64,000 nucleotides of DNA from Woeseiaceae bacterium (GTDB lineage Bacteria > Pseudomonadota > Gammaproteobacteria > Steroidobacterales > Woeseiaceae), in NCBI GenBank assembly GCA_028277185.1, contig JANQGQ010000026.1, forward strand, positions 1-64,000, in the 5' to 3' direction. Made by a program: the position numbers and the translations under genes. The stretch's first letter is position 1. Each line of letters opens with the position of its first letter. This document shows positions 58,374 to 64,000 of the stretch, in pieces. The notes under the pieces are model-generated. The model was not told the DNA's origin. It saw nothing but the letters and a program-made list of their open reading frames with translations, and ran no database searches.

Positions 58374-59444
58374 CTACCCGTCCGTCTGCACGACGACCGC
58401 CTCGCCGTCGTCGAGCGCTTCCGCGCCGCGGACCGCGATCCGGTCGCCCGGGCGGAGTTCACCCCGCACGGCGACGCGCTGACCGGTCCCCTCGGTTACC
58501 TCGATCCGGACCCGCTCTATCCGATTGTCCCCGTTGATGCGCATGACGAACGTGCCTTCCTCGCGCAGGACGACCGAGTCTCTCGGTATGGTCATGACGT
58601 TGGATGCAGCAAGCGGCAGCGAGACGCTGACGAGCTGGCCCGCCGCGATGAAGTCGGTGGCGGCCTCCGGCAGGTCGATACGGACCTCGAAAGTCTGCGA
58701 CAGCGCGTCGCCGGCCGGAACGACCGTGCGCAGTTGGCCATTGAGCTCGAGCTCGCTGATGCGGACGACGACGGCGGCGCCGGTGCGGATTCTCGGCAGG
58801 TAGCGTATCGGTACCGACGCGCGCACCTCGAGGTTGCGGGTGTCCGTCATCGCGGCGAGCACCGTGCTGCGCTCGACGTCCTCGCCGGCATGGCGCAGTT
58901 GCTCGGTCACGACCCCCGAGAACGGCGCATTTACGACGCAGCGCGCGAGTTCGGCCTCGGTCTGCCGGACGCGCAGCCGGGCGATCTTCAGGTCGCTTGC
59001 GGCCAGATCGCGATCGCCCTGTAGCCGCGATAACTGGGTTTCTGCCGCGACGAGCGACTCGCGCAGCGTCTCCAGGCGCTCTGCCTCACGCCGCAACACA
59101 GAGTGATTGATCCCGGCGCGTTCGGCCTGGGCAAGCTGTTCGTCGCGCCGGAGCCTGAGCAACTCGCAGTCGAAGACGGCGACCGCCGTGCCGGCCTCGA
59201 TTCGATCGCCGGGCTCGGCAATCCATTCGATCCGTCCGGCAAGGCCCGCCGTAATCTGCGTCGCGTTGCGGCTGTACACGGTGCCGGCCGCCGGCACGAC
59301 GGGTGAGAGCGATTCGGCGATCACCTCCGTTGCGGTTATCGGTACGGTGTCGCCGCCTTCCACCGCCGACGCCGTGCCGGCTGCCAGCAGGAGGCCGGAA
59401 ACGAGGCCGGCGATGAGTTTCGAACGGGCGTCGCGGCTTTTCAT
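58374..59444 (-). CDS. RND efflux periplasmic adaptor (membrane fusion protein)
   Basis: Signal/TM segment, coiled-coil region, and beta-barrel/MP domains typical of HlyD-family adaptors. Start at MKSRDARSK (ATG at 59442-59444) overlaps the RND stop. The longer ORF-track N-terminus is antisense noise. Confidence 0.75.
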   Translation of the reverse strand: MKSRDARSKLIAGLVSGLLLAAGTASAVEGGDTVPITATEVIAESLSPVVPAAGTVYSRNATQITAGLAGRIEWIAEPGDRIEAGTAVAVFDCELLRLRRDEQLAQAERAGINHSVLRREAERLETLRESLVAAETQLSRLQGDRDLAASDLKIARLRVRQTEAELARCVVNAPFSGVVTEQLRHAGEDVERSTVLAAMTDTRNLEVRASVPIRYLPRIRTGAAVVVRISELELNGQLRTVVPAGDALSQTFEVRIDLPEAATDFIAAGQLVSVSLPLAASNVMTIPRDSVVLREEGTFVMRINGDNRIERVRIEVTEGTGQRVAVRGELRPGDRIAVRGAEALDDGEAVVVQTDG

Positions 59445-62400
59445 CGGCTTGCACTCACGTCGGGGACCAGCACGGGCGTATCGGTTCGGAGATTTGCAGG
59501 CTGGCGGTTCTCGCCAATCCGCAGGATGCTCGGCAGCAGGATCAGCGTGAACACCGTGCTCACGCTCATGCCGCCGACGATGACGGTTGCGAGACCGCGG
59601 TAGATCTCGCTGCCGACGCCGGGCACGACGACGAGCGGCAGCATGCCGAATATCGACGTGAGCGTACTCATGAAGATCGGCCGGGTCCGGATGCGTATCG
59701 CCCGCACTACCGCGTCGCGGCGCGGCAGGCCTTCGCGTTCCGCGGATCGCGTCTGGTGAACCAGCAGGATGGCGTTGTTGACGACCAGGCCGAGCATGAT
59801 GATGAAGCCGATCATCGTGAGCAGCTCCAGCGCCTGATACGTAAACAGGTTCAGCACCCGGAGTCCGATCACGCCGCCGACGATAGCCAGCGGCATGACC
59901 AGGAGAACGATCAGGGCATCGCGAACCGATCGGAACATCGCCGCCATGATCAGCCCGAGTATCAGAATGGCCAGCACGAAGTTCTTCGCCATCTCGGCGA
60001 CGGTGCCCGCGAGTCGGTCGGCGGTACCGCGGTAGAACATTTCGGCGTCCGGCGGCAGCGCCGCTTCTATGACGGGTCCCACGTCCTCGCGGAGCCGGGC
60101 AAGCGCGTCTTCCATCGTCATGTTGGCCGGCGGGAGTACCTGCAGCGTTACGGTGCGCTGTCCGTTGACCCGCCGGAGTTCCGTCGGCCCGACGGCCCGC
60201 CGCGGCGGCGCCAGCTCGCCGATTACCTGGATGCCCGATGCCGGTGTCCATATCGGCAGGCCGGCGAGATCTTCGGGAGTGCTCCAGCCGCCGCCCCAGA
60301 TGATGACGTCCTGACCTTTGTTGCCGTCGAAGTAGCGGCCCGCGAACAGCCCGCCCGTAAAGGAACGGACCGCGTCGGCGACAACGCTGCGATCGAGCCC
60401 TGCCTGAGCGATCCTCAGGTCGTCGGGCATGAGCTGCAGTTCCGGCTTGGAGAGCGATACGCCGGGCAGTGCGCGCACCGACCAGTCTTCGTAGCGCTCG
60501 TTGATGGTTTCCCGGCCGAGCCTCGCCAGGTCCATGAGCGGGCCGAGTTCCGGGCCCTGCAGATCGATGTTGATGTTGCGCCCGCCGGAGATGCCGATGT
60601 TGAGCAGGGAGGCACGCGACACGAAAGCCTCGGCGCCCGGTAGCCCGGCGAGGATGTCCGATCGCAAGGTTTCTATGAGTTCCTGGGCCTCGGCGGGATT
60701 CGCGGGGTAGATGTAGACGCCGGACGCGTTCGAGCCGAACGAGTACAGGTTGTAGCCGTGTATCCCCGGTGCGGCCTCACCCGCGACGTGCGGTTCGAGG
60801 CGGTCGATCACTTCCGCCACCAGATCGTTTTCGATCGTTCTGAGCGGAATGCCCTCGGGCATGCTGAAGAAGACTTCTACGCCGTCGGCGTCTGCCTGCG
60901 GCAGAAAGTCCATCTTCGGCGCAAGCAGTAAGCTCACGAGCGGCGGGACGGTCAGGAGCGCGACGATCCAGGCCGAGCGCCGCGCCGGTGTCGCCGTGAG
61001 TCCGACTATGCGGTTCGTAATTCTGTCCCACACTCCGCTCAGGCGGTCGCCGCCGCCCAGGTCTTCGAGCAACAGGCGGCTCGCGACCGGGAGTATCGTC
61101 ATCGCCGCAATCATCGAGGTCAGGACCGCGACCGACAGCGTCAGTGCCAGATCGGCGAACAGCTGCCCCTCGAGCCCCTCCATGAACAGGATCGGCAGGA
61201 AGATCGCGATACTGGTCACGGTCGACGCAAACAGCGCGCCGGCGACCTCGGTCGGGCCGTGGCGGCTGGCTGCGTCGCGCGACAGGCCTCCCTGCCGCAG
61301 CCGCACGATGTTCTCCTGCACGATGATGGCCGCGTCGAGCACGAGCCCGACCGAAAAGGCGAGGCCGGCGAGGGACACGACGTTTAAGCTCCGGTCCAGC
61401 CAGGAGAGCGCCAGCAGCGCGGACAACAGCGAGAACGGAATCGTCAGTGCGATCAGCACGGTTGCCCGCCAGCCGCGCAGAAAACACCAGAGCACGCCGA
61501 GCGCCAGAAATACGCCCAGGACCAGATTGCCGTTGACGAGGGCGATCGCGCGCCGAATGTGAACCGAGGCATCGAAGCTGAGCACGATCTCCAGATTCGC
61601 GGCGGCAAGCGGTCCCGCATTGAGCTCGTCGATAACCAGATTGATGTCGTCGAGGATCGACACGGCATTGGCGCCGTACTTGCCCTGCACGCGGATGTAG
61701 TACGCGGGGCGTCCGGTCCGATACATGAAGCCGCTGCGCGGATAGAGATCGGTGGTCACCTCGGCGACCTCGCGGAGATACACCGGCTGTCCGTTGCGCT
61801 GAGCGACGATCAGGCCGCCGAGTTCGTCGAGATCGAAACCGCCCAAAAAGCGTACCGTGTACTGTCGCCGTCCCACGCTTGCGAGGCCGCCGGTGCTGTT
61901 GACGGCGCGGGTGACGGTGTCGGCGATGTCCGAGACCTGGATGCCCAGCGCCGCGGCCCGGTAGGGGTCGAACGTGATCAGTACTATGGTTTCGCGCTCG
62001 CTGGCCAGGTTGACGCGCTGAACGCCGTCCACCTCGAGCAGCCTCGGCTCCACTTCGTTCTCGACGATCCGCTGGAACCCGGTGACGTCGGCGCGGTTGT
62101 TCGCCTGTCGGTGCCGGACCAGCAGCGTCGCTACCGGGAAGTCCCAGCCGCCGACCTGAATTTCCGGTTCGTCGGCGTCCGGCGGCGACTCTTCGACGTT
62201 GTTTAGCGCGTTGAGCACGTCGATGACGGCGTTTTGCAGGTCCGTGCCGACGTCGAACTGCAGGTTGACGTTGCCGTTGCCGGCCCGAATGTTGCTGCTC
62301 AGCTCGACGACGCCGGGCACCTGGAGCAGCGCCTCTTCCTGCGGTTCGACGATGCTGGCTTCGATCTCCTGGGGCGCGGCGTTGCGCCAGGAGGTGTTGA

Positions 62401-62539
62401 CGTTGATCTGTGGATACTCGATGTCCGGCAGCATCTGGATCGGCAGAGCCACGATGCCGACGACACCGAACACGATGACGAGTACCGACACGGCCAAGAG
62501 GGCCGCGGGATTCTCCGCAGACAGGCGTATGAGTGACAT
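59441..62539 (-). CDS. RND efflux transporter permease (AcrB/HAE1-like)
   Basis: 1032 aa, 12 TM helices plus two large periplasmic loops, with a typical N-terminus (MSLIRLSAENPAALLAVSVLVIVFGVVG). Confidence 0.85.
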   Translation of the reverse strand: MSLIRLSAENPAALLAVSVLVIVFGVVGIVALPIQMLPDIEYPQINVNTSWRNAAPQEIEASIVEPQEEALLQVPGVVELSSNIRAGNGNVNLQFDVGTDLQNAVIDVLNALNNVEESPPDADEPEIQVGGWDFPVATLLVRHRQANNRADVTGFQRIVENEVEPRLLEVDGVQRVNLASERETIVLITFDPYRAAALGIQVSDIADTVTRAVNSTGGLASVGRRQYTVRFLGGFDLDELGGLIVAQRNGQPVYLREVAEVTTDLYPRSGFMYRTGRPAYYIRVQGKYGANAVSILDDINLVIDELNAGPLAAANLEIVLSFDASVHIRRAIALVNGNLVLGVFLALGVLWCFLRGWRATVLIALTIPFSLLSALLALSWLDRSLNVVSLAGLAFSVGLVLDAAIIVQENIVRLRQGGLSRDAASRHGPTEVAGALFASTVTSIAIFLPILFMEGLEGQLFADLALTLSVAVLTSMIAAMTILPVASRLLLEDLGGGDRLSGVWDRITNRIVGLTATPARRSAWIVALLTVPPLVSLLLAPKMDFLPQADADGVEVFFSMPEGIPLRTIENDLVAEVIDRLEPHVAGEAAPGIHGYNLYSFGSNASGVYIYPANPAEAQELIETLRSDILAGLPGAEAFVSRASLLNIGISGGRNINIDLQGPELGPLMDLARLGRETINERYEDWSVRALPGVSLSKPELQLMPDDLRIAQAGLDRSVVADAVRSFTGGLFAGRYFDGNKGQDVIIWGGGWSTPEDLAGLPIWTPASGIQVIGELAPPRRAVGPTELRRVNGQRTVTLQVLPPANMTMEDALARLREDVGPVIEAALPPDAEMFYRGTADRLAGTVAEMAKNFVLAILILGLIMAAMFRSVRDALIVLLVMPLAIVGGVIGLRVLNLFTYQALELLTMIGFIIMLGLVVNNAILLVHQTRSAEREGLPRRDAVVRAIRIRTRPIFMSTLTSIFGMLPLVVVPGVGSEIYRGLATVIVGGMSVSTVFTLILLPSILRIGENRQPANLRTDTPVLVPDVSASR

Positions 62540-62711
62540 GGCCGGCGCTTCCCCCTCGATGACCGTATCCCGATTCCCTCAGCTTGGATGCGGTAAAGCG
62601 GAGAAAAGTCTGCTGTCCGACAGCGATTTGCGGCGAAGCGAGCGATTCCTGCGACGAGGCGAGCGCGGTCCGGCGGCGCCGCGCCGCCGGCCGGGGGCGG
62701 GTCTGTCCGGT

Positions 62712-63902
62712 CTACTCGCCGCCCTGAAAGGCGGTCACGACGGGCACGCGCGCGGCGCGCCAGGCGGGAAACAGGCCTCCGATCAGCCCTATCGCCACTG
62801 CAAGCACGATGCCGTCGCGGAACAGCTCCGGCGTGAGTTCGAACGTAAACACGACCTGGGTGAAACTTGCTCCGAGCGTCGATGCGCTGAAGCCGTCGAA
62901 GAACAGCCACGCTGCTATCGCGCCGGCGAGGCCGCCGAGAACCGAGAGCAACAGGGATTCGGCCAGCGTACCCATGAAGGCCGAGATGTTGCTGAAGCCG
63001 ATCGCGCGGAGCGTTGCAATCTCGCGTGCGCGGGCAGCGACGGACGTATACATCGTATTGAGCGCGCCGGCCAGCGCGCCGAGGCCCATGACGACGCTCA
63101 GAATCCAGCCGAATATGGCGATTCCGGTCAGCGCACGGCCCTGGTTGGCGAAGAAGTCGGCCTCGGTCTCGACGTCGAGAATGAGCTGCGGGTCGTTCTC
63201 GACGAACTCGAGAATTGGCTGGACGTCGCCCGGCGTCTCGAGACGAAGGCGCACCGTCTGAAACGAGGAGCCGCGCTGAAACTGGCTCTGCACCGTCGGC
63301 GCGTCGGCCCAAAGCTCGCTTTCGAACGCCGACCCGCCGGTCGAAAACACGCCGACGACTTCCCAGTTCGTTTTCCCGAAGCGAATCTCGCGGCCCAGCT
63401 CGAAGCCCTCGAACTGACGCAGCACGCCCTCGCCGACGACGATCTCGTTGCGTCCGGGCTCGAACTGGCGGCCTTCGACGATCTCCAGCTGCTCGCGGAG
63501 TCCGAAGCCGCGGGGCGAGATGCCGCGCATCGGGATATTGGCTTTCAACTGGTTGCTGCGCTTGATGCCGTCGACGATCACGTAGAGTTCGGCGGAGTAA
63601 ACGGGATCGCCGCCTGCGTCGCGGGCGATGCCCGGCGCCGTCGCAACGAGATTGACCGTGTCCCGCGACATCGAGCTGTTGAGCTCGGACTGCGAACCGG
63701 TTCGCGTGATGATGGCAATCCTGTCGGTGCCCGTGCCGGCAAGCGTCTGTTCGAAGCCCTTGGCCATGGCGAGGAACGCCAGCAGCACGGCGACGACGAC
63801 GCTCACGGCGAAAATCGCCGCCAGCGACATCCAGAGCCGCCGCGGCAGGCTCAGAACGTTCATGACGACGACGGTCCAGATTTGCGAGAAGAATCCGCGC
63901 AT
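62712..63902 (-). CDS. ABC transporter permease, FtsX/MacB-type
   Basis: N-terminal TM segment, a large periplasmic domain, then three C-terminal TM helices. Confidence 0.7.
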   Translation of the reverse strand: MRGFFSQIWTVVVMNVLSLPRRLWMSLAAIFAVSVVVAVLLAFLAMAKGFEQTLAGTGTDRIAIITRTGSQSELNSSMSRDTVNLVATAPGIARDAGGDPVYSAELYVIVDGIKRSNQLKANIPMRGISPRGFGLREQLEIVEGRQFEPGRNEIVVGEGVLRQFEGFELGREIRFGKTNWEVVGVFSTGGSAFESELWADAPTVQSQFQRGSSFQTVRLRLETPGDVQPILEFVENDPQLILDVETEADFFANQGRALTGIAIFGWILSVVMGLGALAGALNTMYTSVAARAREIATLRAIGFSNISAFMGTLAESLLLSVLGGLAGAIAAWLFFDGFSASTLGASFTQVVFTFELTPELFRDGIVLAVAIGLIGGLFPAWRAARVPVVTAFQGGE

Positions 63903-63927
63903 GAACGATCCTTGAGCCTCAGCTGCG

Positions 63928-64000
63928 GCTGAGCGCTGTGATGATGTTGAGTCTCAGGGCGTTCATCGCCGGCACGATACCGGTGATGAAGCCGAGAACC
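63928..64000 (-). CDS. 3' end of another FtsX-type ABC permease; the gene continues beyond the window
   Basis: The C-terminal peptide …FITGIVPAMNALRLNIITALSRS matches FtsX-family C-termini. Confidence 0.3.

Noticed and set aside
59445-60251. N-terminal extension of ORF-track entry 58374..60251 (625 aa)
   Set aside because: The extension is antisense noise overlapping the RND permease. The adaptor protein begins at MKSRDARSK, exactly at the RND stop.
62199-63932. 577-aa plus-strand ORF
   Set aside because: Antisense to the FtsX-type permease and the RND 5' end; low-complexity Arg/Ala-rich translation.

Overview
High-GC (about 65%) bacterial chromosomal window with the long spurious antisense ORFs typical of GC-rich proteobacterial DNA. 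The left 9 kb holds housekeeping-type genes (NmrA/SDR-like oxidoreductase, AraC and MarR regulators, hydrolases, a Gfo/Idh/MocA oxidoreductase, an SSS transporter). An orphan Vsr mismatch endonuclease follows, and from about 10.9 to 19.3 kb there is an accessory block. It contains a hypothetical gene, an HNH endonuclease, a slipin (SPFH) protein, and a roughly 4.1-kb array of at least 16 tRNA or tRNA-like genes, all on the minus strand. Several of these tRNAs are non-canonical: class-I-sized tRNAs with leucine anticodons (CAG, TAA, CAA-like), a tRNA-Gly(GCC) whose T-arm carries a 70-nt structured insertion, 1:72 mismatches, odd T-loops, and 3' tRNA fragments. Two lower-GC protein genes (a trypsin-like protease and a 75-aa protein) sit among the tRNAs, and an XRE regulator lies at the far edge. 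The middle of the window encodes regulators and stress or ion genes (YceH, a DUF900 hydrolase, a CadC-like wHTH-TPR regulator, Spy/CpxP, NhaP, a Rieske-GltS fusion). It is followed by a protease-dense region: two further S8 subtilases (one with a C-terminal TM-plus-Arg sorting-like tail, co-operonic with a short exosortase-like membrane protein and a prodomain-like secreted protein), a 1035-aa S8 with a long unknown N-terminal region, an S1 trypsin-like protease, and an ECF sigma / anti-sigma / TPR-CHAT module, plus a low-GC two-gene insert. The right end is a redox cluster (OsmC, FAD oxidoreductase, AhpD-like CMD, a CysK-glutaredoxin fusion, a 1-Cys peroxiredoxin), a LytTR/LytS two-component pair, an RND pump with its adaptor, and FtsX-type ABC permeases. 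No rRNA, CRISPR array or transposase was seen. All tRNA calls were folded by hand and need confirmation with tRNAscan-SE or ARAGORN.
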